From positions 840,001-872,000 of the forward strand of contig CP006868.1 in NCBI GenBank assembly GCA_025340205.1: 32,000 nucleotides of DNA, read 5' to 3'. How positions within the stretch are numbered: position 1 is the stretch's first letter; every line of letters starts with the position of its first letter. The notes below the pieces were generated by a model, which was not told the DNA's origin, did not search any database, and was given only the letters and a program-made list of their open reading frames with translations. This document shows positions 24,475 through 32,000 of this stretch, one piece after another. The position numbers and the translations under genes were made by a program. The stretch is from Ignicoccus pacificus DSM 13166 (GTDB lineage: Archaea > Thermoproteota > Thermoprotei_A > Sulfolobales > Ignicoccaceae).

Positions 24475-25734
24475 TTGACTAAGACTATGGCTGAAAAGAT
24501 ACTGGGAAGGGCTAGTGGTAAGGACGTGAGTCCAGGAGAGATCGTCGAAGCCAATATAGATCTAGCGATGGTACACGACCTAACGGGACCTCACGTAGTC
24601 GAGGTTGTAGAAGAGATAGCGGGAGAGGTAAAGGTTTGGGACCCCGAGAAGGTTGCAATAATATTTGATCACCATGTTCCTGCCGACAAGATCAGAGCAG
24701 CTGAGCTCCAAGTCATAATGAGGAGGGTAGCCAGGAAACTAGGTATTAAGAAGTTCCATGATGTTGGTAGAGGGGGTATATGTCATCAAGTGCTCGTAGA
24801 AGAGGGATACGCTAGGCCTGGAATGCTCATAGTGGGTGCCGATTCCCATACAGTGACCTCCGGTGCAGTGGGTGCATTCGCAACTGGAATAGGGGCCAGT
24901 GACATGGCCATGGTTTGGCTCACCGGAAAGCTCTGGTTCATGGTTCCCGAAAGTATTAAGGTGAACGTTATCGGAAAGCTTCCCAAGGGAGTTTATGCTA
25001 AAGATGTAATACTTCATATAATAGGGAAGGTTACCGTAGATGGAGCCACATACAAAGCTGTTGAATTCCATGGAGATACTATAAGGAACATGACTATTCC
25101 AGATAGAATGACCTTGAGTAACATGTCAGTTGAGATGGGAGCTAAGGCGGGAATGGTTCCCGCAGACGAGGTTACTGTTCAATACTTAAGGGAAAGAGGC
25201 GTTGAAGTGAAGCCCTTCGGACCTGATCCGGGAGCTCACTATGAGGATGAATGGAACTTTGAGGTAAGTAAGCTGGAACCTCAAGTGGCTGCTCCCTATA
25301 GTGTAGATAACGTGCACCCAGTGAGCGAACTTGAAGGAACTCCAATAGACCAAGCCTTCATAGGAAGCTGTACCAATGGCAGATATGAGGACTTCGTCGA
25401 AGCGGCTAAGATATTGAAGGGTAGAAAGGTAGCTGAGGGCGTTAGGTGCATAGCCATACCGGCCTCGATAAAGCAATATATGAAACTCCTAAAGGATGGA
25501 ATAATCGACATCTTAGCGGAGGCTGGGTGCTTCGTAGCCCATAGCACTTGTGGACCTTGTCTAGGCGGTCACTTAGGAGTTCTGGGACCCGAGGAGGTCG
25601 CGATATCCTCAAGTAATAGGAACTTCAGAGGAAGAATGGGACACCCCACCAGCAAGGTGTACTTAGCGAGTCCAGCTACAGTTGCAGCCTCAGCAGTAGA
25701 AGGGAAGATAGCCGATCCCAGAAAGTACTTGTGA
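24475..25734 (+). CDS. leuC: Aconitase-family dehydratase large subunit (3-isopropylmalate / homoaconitate dehydratase, LeuC/HacA)
   Basis: MTKTMAEKILGRASGK..., VHDLTGP, GADSHT, the cluster cysteines (IGSCTNGR, STCGPCLG) and SSSNRNFRGRMG are present. The TTG at 24475 with an SD is preferred; GTG 24454 and ATG 24487 are alternatives. Confidence 0.85.
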   Translation: MTKTMAEKILGRASGKDVSPGEIVEANIDLAMVHDLTGPHVVEVVEEIAGEVKVWDPEKVAIIFDHHVPADKIRAAELQVIMRRVARKLGIKKFHDVGRGGICHQVLVEEGYARPGMLIVGADSHTVTSGAVGAFATGIGASDMAMVWLTGKLWFMVPESIKVNVIGKLPKGVYAKDVILHIIGKVTVDGATYKAVEFHGDTIRNMTIPDRMTLSNMSVEMGAKAGMVPADEVTVQYLRERGVEVKPFGPDPGAHYEDEWNFEVSKLEPQVAAPYSVDNVHPVSELEGTPIDQAFIGSCTNGRYEDFVEAAKILKGRKVAEGVRCIAIPASIKQYMKLLKDGIIDILAEAGCFVAHSTCGPCLGGHLGVLGPEEVAISSSNRNFRGRMGHPTSKVYLASPATVAASAVEGKIADPRKYL

Positions 25735-25739
25735 TCTTT

Positions 25740-27077
25740 TCATCCTAGTTGTAGTCTCAAGACAGGAGGTGGCATGTGCCCTTCTCTAGTTATGAATGAA
25801 TTCGGGGAGAGGTCCTCTAGAGGAAGAACCACTCCTTTGCCTAACAGTCCACCTAGGTCTATCACGTCTCCCGGCTTGGAATTGGGTACTGGAAGTAACC
25901 TTACGCCCATGGGTTTGTTGTGAACGATGCCTATTGTCAGCTGGTCTGCAGTAAGTGACGCTAAGGTCTCTTTACTTACCATGGGTATTGGAACCATATC
26001 AAGGCCGGCGGAACATATAGCCGTGTACGCTACTAACTTGTATATATCCACGGTTCCCCTTTCGGCAGCTTCTAACATTCCGGCATCCTCGCTGAGAGGT
26101 ATGAATAGACCAGAGAATCCTCCAAATCTAGAGACAGCCATGGCTCCACCCTTTTTCAAGGCATCGATCACTAGCGCGAGTGCGGTGAGCGTTCCAGGAG
26201 CGCCAAAGCTGGGGACACCCATGGCTTCAACTACCTTGGCTACACTATCCCCCATCTTAGGAGTAGGCGCTAAGCTGAGATCGACAGAGCCCATCTCGAT
26301 ACCCATTTTCTGGGCGACTTTCTTTCCTGCGAACTCTCCTAGCCTCGAGATCTTGAAGCTAACCTTCTTTATTTCTTCGTGTAGATCCCTAAACGTCCTT
26401 GCATTAGATCTCCTTATCGCAGCTTCAACTACACCGGGGCCGGAGACGGCCACGTTGATCTCCGCACTAGGTCTTCCTAAGCCGTGGTGAGCTCCTGGCA
26501 TGAAGGGAACGTCGCCAGGTAAGTTTACCGAGACCAGAAACTTAGCGTTTCCGGTAGCATTAGTGAGCTTGGCCAACTCGATAAGTTTCCCACTTATAGA
26601 ATAAATGGCCTCTATGTTAAGTCCATCCCAAGTGCCACCCACATTGATGAATCCGAACACCCTCTCAGTGGTGCTGAGCGCCTTTGGCAAGGCTTCGAGA
26701 AAACCTTTCGTAACCTCGTCTAAACCGGTGTTAGCAAAGGTTCCAAATCCTCCAACGGCGTCTACTCCGACCCTCCTCGCGGCCTCGTCTACTTCCTTAG
26801 CATATTCGATCATTCTGTCTATGTCACCATCGCTAGTGATGACGTTCAAAGGAGAAAGAGCTATCCTTGAAGTAACTATAGGTACGCCGTGTTCCTCTAC
26901 CACCTCTCTAACAGCTCTTACTAGCTCCTCTCCCCATTTCTCTACTAACGACGCTGCTACCTCTGGGTAGTCCTTATCTGAAGGAACCTCTAATGAGAGG
27001 GTAACTGCTCTTATATCTAGGTTTAAGTAGTGGAGCATCTCGGTTACTTCGGCGATTTCCTCGGTTCTGAACATCAT
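25740..27077 (-). CDS. UPF0210 (DUF711) family protein
   Basis: The N-terminus MFRTEEIAEVTEMLHYLNLDIRAVTLSL resembles the UPF0210 signature (eIlEt.rMi....LDIRTiT.GIsL), and the size is about 445 aa. The ATG at 27077 overlaps the upstream stop (ATGA); GTG 27086 is an alternative. Confidence 0.75.
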   Translation of the reverse strand: MMFRTEEIAEVTEMLHYLNLDIRAVTLSLEVPSDKDYPEVAASLVEKWGEELVRAVREVVEEHGVPIVTSRIALSPLNVITSDGDIDRMIEYAKEVDEAARRVGVDAVGGFGTFANTGLDEVTKGFLEALPKALSTTERVFGFINVGGTWDGLNIEAIYSISGKLIELAKLTNATGNAKFLVSVNLPGDVPFMPGAHHGLGRPSAEINVAVSGPGVVEAAIRRSNARTFRDLHEEIKKVSFKISRLGEFAGKKVAQKMGIEMGSVDLSLAPTPKMGDSVAKVVEAMGVPSFGAPGTLTALALVIDALKKGGAMAVSRFGGFSGLFIPLSEDAGMLEAAERGTVDIYKLVAYTAICSAGLDMVPIPMVSKETLASLTADQLTIGIVHNKPMGVRLLPVPNSKPGDVIDLGGLLGKGVVLPLEDLSPNSFITREGHMPPPVLRLQLG

Positions 27078-27463
27078 ATCTTCCACCTTTTTCTCTTATA
27101 ATATCTTAGCTCCATGACCCTTGAGAACCAATCCCTAGGGGCGAGCTTGAATAAACAAGCTCTCGGTTCCAGAACGCCAATCCATAAGGGGGAAGGCGGG
27201 ATCTCTATATCAGCGAAATAGGCTTCAGTTACCTTGTTCAGCTCTCTTCTTGAGCGCTCGAGAGCTTCGCTAATTTGATGAGTGCCGTAATAGTATAATA
27301 ACACCTCTATAGGAAATGCCTTGGAAATCATGGATCCTTTTAACATATCTTCATAAGCAAAGATAGCGGATATTCTGAGCCTTATGGGATCGGTACCATA
27401 TGCGTGTCTGGGCCTCTCTGGTACCCTAGCCTTTCCCCAGAAGAGCGTTTGAAACGTCTTCAC
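27074..27463 (-). CDS. Small protein, possibly a KEOPS Cgi121-like subunit
   Basis: EVLLYYYGTHQISEALERS resembles the conserved Cgi121 block (E-I/A-L-L/V-x-x-S-G-x-x-Q-I-x-x-A-I). It is short (129 aa) and overlaps the hpt-like gene by 38 nt. Weak call. Confidence 0.35.
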   Translation of the reverse strand: MKTFQTLFWGKARVPERPRHAYGTDPIRLRISAIFAYEDMLKGSMISKAFPIEVLLYYYGTHQISEALERSRRELNKVTEAYFADIEIPPSPLWIGVLEPRACLFKLAPRDWFSRVMELRYYKRKRWKI

Positions 27464-27950
27464 CCAGCAGCCTTGGAAGTAACTCCTTAACGCTTTCTTC
27501 CCCTTTCTTGATGAGTTCTACTACTTCCCACGGAAATAAGATCCAAGCGTCGCTCTCAATAACCCAATGGTCTATCTTCGCCCTACATTTAGACTTTTTG
27601 ACGATAACAGCTTTCTTTACTTCCTTAGCTCCTAGCATTTTCAAATAGCTTTCTAAAATGGTAATAGTTTCGCCGGTATCACAAACATCATCAACTATTA
27701 GTACTTTCTTCTCAAGGAGATCGCACAAGGGAGTAAGTATTCTAGGCTGGCCCAGTTTATGAGTTCCTTGATATGATTTCACCCTAACGGCCACAACGTC
27801 TTTGGACAGAATGTCTGAGAGTAAGATAGCCGGAACTATACCCCCTCTTAAGACACCTACAATAATATCGAAATCTTCATCTTTAACTTTCTTAGATAAG
27901 TCTAAGGTGAATTTGTGTACCTTTTTCCAGTCAATTAATTCGAATTCCAT
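27426..27950 (-). CDS. Purine phosphoribosyltransferase (hypoxanthine/guanine/xanthine PRTase-like)
   Basis: PRPP-binding motif KKVLIVDDVCDTGETI and an N-terminal IVGVLRGG loop. An SD-like GAGGTGA lies 5 nt upstream of the ATG. Confidence 0.8.
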   Translation of the reverse strand: MEFELIDWKKVHKFTLDLSKKVKDEDFDIIVGVLRGGIVPAILLSDILSKDVVAVRVKSYQGTHKLGQPRILTPLCDLLEKKVLIVDDVCDTGETITILESYLKMLGAKEVKKAVIVKKSKCRAKIDHWVIESDAWILFPWEVVELIKKGEESVKELLPRLLGEDVSNALLGKG

Positions 27951-27972
27951 ACTCTCACCTCAAGGGAGGGAA

Positions 27973-28043
27973 TGTGCCCTGCCCCTGACCCCCCGGTTCA
28001 CCGTCCGGTACACCGGCCTCACCGGGGTTCTCCTAAGCAGGGC
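27973..28043 (-). ncRNA. Box H/ACA guide sRNA (single hairpin with K-turn)
   Basis: On the - strand: GCCCUGC / UUAGGAGAA / CCCCGG-U / GA / GGCCGG-UGUA-CCGGAC / GGU / GA / A-CCGGGG / GGUCAGGG / GCAGGGC / ACA. This gives a 7-bp lower stem, a 9+8-nt pocket and a 7-bp upper stem. A canonical K-turn follows (3-nt bulge plus tandem G.A). The ACA lies exactly 15 nt 3' of the upper stem. The region is very GC-rich compared with its flanks. Confidence 0.7.
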
Positions 28044-28133
28044 GCTCCAAGGTTAGGTTAAGATAAACGGTTTAAGAGATATCCAGCCTAGGTGATATTA
28101 ATCTCAAGTAAAGGACAGATTGGGGCTCAATGA

Positions 28134-31091
28134 ATGAAAAGATGGATAATACTAATGGTGCTTCTCGGCATTGTACTAGCTCAACCAATAACCACGCTGA
28201 ACATCGAGGTTCAAGCACAGAAACCCCTAGTCTATGGTGAACGCGTACCAATGAGAATTAAGGTTTGTAACGTAGGGGTTATGAACTTCTTAGGTGTTGC
28301 CCTTCAATATGAGGTTCGAGGGGGAATTATAGAAGGTGGTACAACTTACAGCCTAGGCTTCCTAGGAAGAGGGGCTTGCAAGGAAATGACCTTGAATGTA
28401 ATTCCAATCTCAAGTAACCTGAAGCTGAAAATATTGGCTATGGTTAATACAAATATAGGAACGAAGAGCGTTTCGATGAAGGGAGATTACTTCTTCGAGT
28501 GGTTTGTGAAATCGCCCAAGTTGTTGGCTTCTGTGAAAAGTGTCGATTTACTTAGCGGAAAGTTAGAGCTATCAATTAAGAACGTCGGTAACATGGTCGC
28601 CTCAAACATAACTCTTTACGCGTCTTCGGATAACTGCCAAGTGAGACCTGCCGTGACTAATATCGGGACAATAAAACCCGGTTCCGCCAAGGTAGTGAAC
28701 CTAATCTTGAGGGCTCCCGAAGGCATAAAGAGTTGTTTGATAAGAGCGACATTAACTGATGGAATCAGCAACTGGACTTCTAAAATAACAATCCAAATTA
28801 GAAAGCCTCAAGTAAATATAGAGATAGGAAACGTCATAACAATATGTTACAGTGGCAAGACTAGCGTGAATGGGACGTTAACTCTAAGCGCTCAGAACGC
28901 GTTGATAGCACCAGCCGTCTCTAATGTAAGTCTCCGTAGAGGTTGTGTAAAGGTACCATATACGTTGATCTCGCCCTCTACGCCATTGCGAATAATAGCT
29001 ACGTTGAACATAGGAAGCTTTACCTATATTGTAAAGAGGGATATCAAGGCACTCCCCCTAAGTATAACCACCAACGTAACGACTCTGGCGATAGGTTCCA
29101 AGAACCTAATTAGACTAAGGATAGGTTCTGATTACAGCTTCAAAAAGGCTATAATGAAGATGGAGCCAAGCGTGGGATCGCTCAACGTCTCGTCCTTGGT
29201 AGTTAATTCCAATTCTACCGTATGGATCTCTTGGTCTATACCAACTAAGAAGATTGAAGGAGCTTATCTACATGTCAACGTCTTAGGGAACGAGATAAAG
29301 ATACCTTTCGTTCTAATTAAACAAGAACCACCAATAAACTTGGAGTATTCTCCTAAGACTCTTCTTGAGGGAAGTAACACAAAGCTCAAGCTCTGTGTGG
29401 TAAATAACTGGACCAGATCCTTGAAGAGCGTTACCTTGGAGACCAACGCTACCCAACCGGTAATTAGCTCTTACTTAGGGAATATTCCTCCTAAGAGTAA
29501 GAAATGTGTCGATGTTATAGCCTCAGTCCCTTGGGGTATGAGAACGTACAAGATTTACGTTATCTTAAACAGTGAAGGGTATACTAAGAAGTACCTCTTA
29601 GACATTCCTATGATGCAGAATCCAAACGTAGCGGTGCTTAAGGTAACGATAAACCCCATGAGTTTGAAACCCGGAAGCAGCTATACTACCCTGATCGTAA
29701 AGAATGAGGGGAAGGGATGGGCAAGAAACGTCGTCGTTTCGGTTAGTTCACCGGACTTAGTATATCCTACCTCTAAGGTTCCTTTAGGAGACATAGGACC
29801 TGGGAAGGCTAAGATGATACAGTTACAGTTTACAGTACCCCCTGACATAAACAAGGAGAAGTGTAAGATCAGTATTGATTATTGCAGTGGTACAGCAGTC
29901 GGACCTTGCGAGCCAAAGCGTTTCGAAACACAAGTCAATATCCCAGTGGAGCCGTACGTTCCTCCAACATTACAGATAACCTCGTCTAAGTTGACTTTAA
30001 GGTCAGGCAACGTTACTGAAATAACGCTCAAGATAACGAATGTTGGTAACGACGTGGCCATAGCTCCCGAGCTTACCATAGGATCCTCCAAGATCATAGG
30101 AGTAGTAGGAGAGACCACGTTTGTTCTCAATAATATCAAGCCTAAGGATTCGGTTACCGTGAAACTACAAGTAAACGTACAACCGGTTAACAAGAGAACG
30201 GCAGCTTCGTTAAGCTACAGCTTAAGGTATGGCGATCCTTGGGGGAAGACTTACAATAACAGAGGATCTCTCACATTTACAATACTACCTATGAAAAGAG
30301 CAGATGTAGTAGTGCACGTTCTATCAAACACGTTGATAAAAGGAGATAACAGAGTCCTTCTGGTTAGGGTAAGGAACGTCGGTAACAGTATTGCAAAGAA
30401 TATAACCTTGACCGCATACGCAAGCGGTGTAGTGATAAAGGATCCCACCCTTAGAATAGGAACCTTAATGCCCGGTCAAGCGATAACGTGGCGTTTAGTT
30501 TACAGCATTCCAACTTCCTCTTTGATAAACAGTGTGCAACTGAGTGTTACTGTAAACTATTTAAGCAATGGACAAAGTGAAGTAAATACTTTCAGTTTTC
30601 CTATGAAGGTAATAATGGGACCTCAAATGGAGATAACAGACGTAACGGTGACCCCTCAGAAAGTGATCGCTGGTAAGGCGCTAAGCGTTTCTGTGGTCCT
30701 AGTGAACAGTGGCGACGCCCCTGCCTACAACGTTCACGTGAGTGTACAGCTTCCCGTTCAACTGACCGCGATCGGACCTACAAGGGTGTTCTTGGGTAAT
30801 ATTAGACAGCAGAACAGCGTTCCCGTAGCCTTCGTCTTAAAGCCAAAGGAAGGAACAGCACCAGGAACCTACGTAGCTAAGATTGTGGCCAGTTACAACT
30901 TCAACGGAGCTAGGTATAGTGTAGAAACTCCTGTCACAATAATAGTTACGTCTCCAAGCTCGCAGTACGTGAGCATGTTCGAGAGATATAAGCTCTACGC
31001 TGCTATAGGAGGAGCAGCTCTAGCGTTAATCGTAATTGTGGTACTTATCAAGAGGAGAAGGAAGAGCGGTGAAGTGATTACAGAGGAGTGA
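28134..31091 (+). CDS. Large secreted, C-terminally membrane-anchored surface protein built from about 9 tandem CARDB/DUF11-like (COG1361 'S-layer domain') Ig-like modules
   Basis: Signal peptide MKRWIILMVLLGIVLAQP. The motif pair x-N-V/E/S-G-...-A-x-N-(I/V) and (L/I)G-x-(I/L)-x-PG recurs with a period of about 105-112 aa (NxG at aa 46, 150, 524, 636, 748, 858). There are many N-x-S/T sequons. The C-terminal TM helix (LYAAIGGAALALIVIVVLI) is followed by KRRRK. Confidence 0.8.
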   Translation: MKRWIILMVLLGIVLAQPITTLNIEVQAQKPLVYGERVPMRIKVCNVGVMNFLGVALQYEVRGGIIEGGTTYSLGFLGRGACKEMTLNVIPISSNLKLKILAMVNTNIGTKSVSMKGDYFFEWFVKSPKLLASVKSVDLLSGKLELSIKNVGNMVASNITLYASSDNCQVRPAVTNIGTIKPGSAKVVNLILRAPEGIKSCLIRATLTDGISNWTSKITIQIRKPQVNIEIGNVITICYSGKTSVNGTLTLSAQNALIAPAVSNVSLRRGCVKVPYTLISPSTPLRIIATLNIGSFTYIVKRDIKALPLSITTNVTTLAIGSKNLIRLRIGSDYSFKKAIMKMEPSVGSLNVSSLVVNSNSTVWISWSIPTKKIEGAYLHVNVLGNEIKIPFVLIKQEPPINLEYSPKTLLEGSNTKLKLCVVNNWTRSLKSVTLETNATQPVISSYLGNIPPKSKKCVDVIASVPWGMRTYKIYVILNSEGYTKKYLLDIPMMQNPNVAVLKVTINPMSLKPGSSYTTLIVKNEGKGWARNVVVSVSSPDLVYPTSKVPLGDIGPGKAKMIQLQFTVPPDINKEKCKISIDYCSGTAVGPCEPKRFETQVNIPVEPYVPPTLQITSSKLTLRSGNVTEITLKITNVGNDVAIAPELTIGSSKIIGVVGETTFVLNNIKPKDSVTVKLQVNVQPVNKRTAASLSYSLRYGDPWGKTYNNRGSLTFTILPMKRADVVVHVLSNTLIKGDNRVLLVRVRNVGNSIAKNITLTAYASGVVIKDPTLRIGTLMPGQAITWRLVYSIPTSSLINSVQLSVTVNYLSNGQSEVNTFSFPMKVIMGPQMEITDVTVTPQKVIAGKALSVSVVLVNSGDAPAYNVHVSVQLPVQLTAIGPTRVFLGNIRQQNSVPVAFVLKPKEGTAPGTYVAKIVASYNFNGARYSVETPVTIIVTSPSSQYVSMFERYKLYAAIGGAALALIVIVVLIKRRRKSGEVITEE

Positions 31092-31096
31092 GCACG

Positions 31097-32000
31097 ATGA
31101 TATTGAACGATCTCTTCAAGCTAACGCTTAAAGATGTTAAAAGCGGTGGAATAAGATCGTTACTCGTTCTATTAAGTGTTGCGGTTGGCGCTGCTTCTCT
31201 CATTGCCTTTGTGGCACAAGCAGAGGGCATGAGATATAACGTAGAGACGCAGTTCAGAGGACTTTCGGCGAATGTCATAATAGGAATGTCACCAATTCCT
31301 TCCTTAACCTATCAAGACGTTATAGTGCTGAAATCGTTCAGGCACGTCGTAGATGTTAGAGCTGCTTTATTTGCAGACGTGAAGATCCCAGCTAAAGGGA
31401 AATACCTCGATTTCAAGTTAGTGGGAATGGATGCCAAAACGTTCTACACAATATTTCCCTCAGCCGTACCTAAGTATGGTAGTATCGAACTGAACGCTCC
31501 AGACTTAGCTTCAATAGGTTTCCAAGTATATAAAGAGACTAAAATAGGGCTGAACAGTCTCCTACCAATAAAGTTCGGAAGAAAAATATTCTACGTTAGA
31601 GTCTCAGCTGTGCTAGCTCCGCTAGGCGTGAGCCCACTCGCCGTAGGCTTCGAACCCGACAAGGCAGTATTTGTAAACATAAACGACGTTAAATCGTTCT
31701 TAAATGTAAGGAAAATGAACTTGGTGTATATAATAGTTGATAGTCCAAAGAACGTGGATAAGGTATATCAAGAAGTCAGTAACTACTTGAAGGGCAAGAA
31801 GTTTCAAGTCTTTGCCCCTCTTAGCGTCATAAAGGTCTATATGTCAGCAGTGAGCTTTGCTGAGCGATTCCTTCTAGCTATGTCGATGATGGCATTTGTC
31901 GCTAGTGGATTTAGCATAGCTAATACAATGATGATAACGGTAATAGAAAGAACTAAAGAAATAGGTGTTATGAAGGCGGTGGGCTTCACTTCAAGACAAA
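31097..32000 (+). CDS. ABC transporter permease, MacB/FtsX family, 3'-truncated by the window edge
   Basis: My own translation from the ATG at 31097 is open to the window end. It reads MILNDLFKLTLKDVKSGGIRSLLVLLSVAVGAASLIAF... and then a periplasmic MacB-like domain. It ends ...ANTMMITVIERTKEIGVMKAVGFT, the classic FtsX-domain motif. It starts 5 nt after the surface-protein stop. Confidence 0.85.
   Translation, partial: MILNDLFKLTLKDVKSGGIRSLLVLLSVAVGAASLIAFVAQAEGMRYNVETQFRGLSANVIIGMSPIPSLTYQDVIVLKSFRHVVDVRAALFADVKIPAKGKYLDFKLVGMDAKTFYTIFPSAVPKYGSIELNAPDLASIGFQVYKETKIGLNSLLPIKFGRKIFYVRVSAVLAPLGVSPLAVGFEPDKAVFVNINDVKSFLNVRKMNLVYIIVDSPKNVDKVYQEVSNYLKGKKFQVFAPLSVIKVYMSAVSFAERFLLAMSMMAFVASGFSIANTMMITVIERTKEIGVMKAVGFTSRQ

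Noticed and set aside
25927-26970. Long antisense ORFs (187 aa and 121 aa, + strand) inside the UPF0210 gene
   Set aside because: Their Ser/Ala/Pro/Thr-rich low-complexity translation is typical of the antisense frame of a GC-richer gene. The minus-strand product has a clear family signature.
27976-28043. Possible tRNA, because a 7-bp closing stem GCCCTGC/GCAGGGC and a GGTTCA-containing segment are present
   Set aside because: It is only 68 nt between the stem ends. It has no D-arm, anticodon arm or T-arm geometry and no GTTCRANYC T-loop closed by a 5-bp stem. The minus-strand H/ACA fold with a K-turn and an ACA box fits every position.
1-32000. CRISPR arrays, transposases/integrases, prophage or toxin-antitoxin-like modules
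   Set aside because: I found no regularly spaced direct repeats, no DDE/tyrosine recombinase-like ORFs and no terminal inverted repeats by eye. The gene content is housekeeping throughout. A systematic repeat search would be needed to exclude short MITEs.

Overview
Gene-dense, moderately AT-rich chromosomal segment that is clearly archaeal and most likely from a thermophilic crenarchaeote (TACK group). The evidence is ribosomal proteins eS1 (S3Ae), uS15 and uL2, Nop5 (Nop56/58), KEOPS Pcc1, an Ard1-type N-acetyltransferase, archaeal pantoate kinase plus CoaBC, myo-inositol-1-phosphate synthase, TATA-box promoters about 25-40 nt upstream of start codons, frequent GTG/TTG starts and ATGA-type overlaps. 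I call about 37 protein genes, two of them cut by the window edges (tatC at the 5' end, a MacB/FtsX-type ABC permease at the 3' end). I see no rRNA, tRNA, CRISPR array, transposase or integrase. Only two ORF-free stretches are long (20817-21116 and 27951-28133), and both are markedly GC-rich relative to their flanks. From the sequence I read a canonical box C/D sRNA (+ strand, 20968-21024) and a textbook single-hairpin box H/ACA guide sRNA with a K-turn (- strand, 27973-28043). The C/D sRNA is fired from a palindromic TTTAAA element that could also drive a leftward hairpin RNA or leader. The most interesting protein-level observation is a tightly coupled minus-strand string: an MqnE/MqnC/CofH-family radical SAM enzyme, QueC, two small membrane proteins and an endonuclease III-type glycosylase (10877 down to 7542). 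A protein about 5 kb away (2791-3594) carries an ArcS-type PCx3KPYx2S motif. Together these suggest a non-canonical 7-deazaguanine/archaeosine-related module. Other oddities: rpl2 is orphaned from the universal L3-L4-L23-L2-S19 cluster; nop5 lacks its usual fibrillarin partner and carries an RGG-like tail; ino1 sits next to a GH130-like glycoside phosphorylase; a small membrane protein, an RCK protein and an MscS-like channel form an operon; and a roughly nine-domain CARDB-like surface protein is coupled to an ABC permease. All functional calls come from motif recognition by eye, not from database searches.
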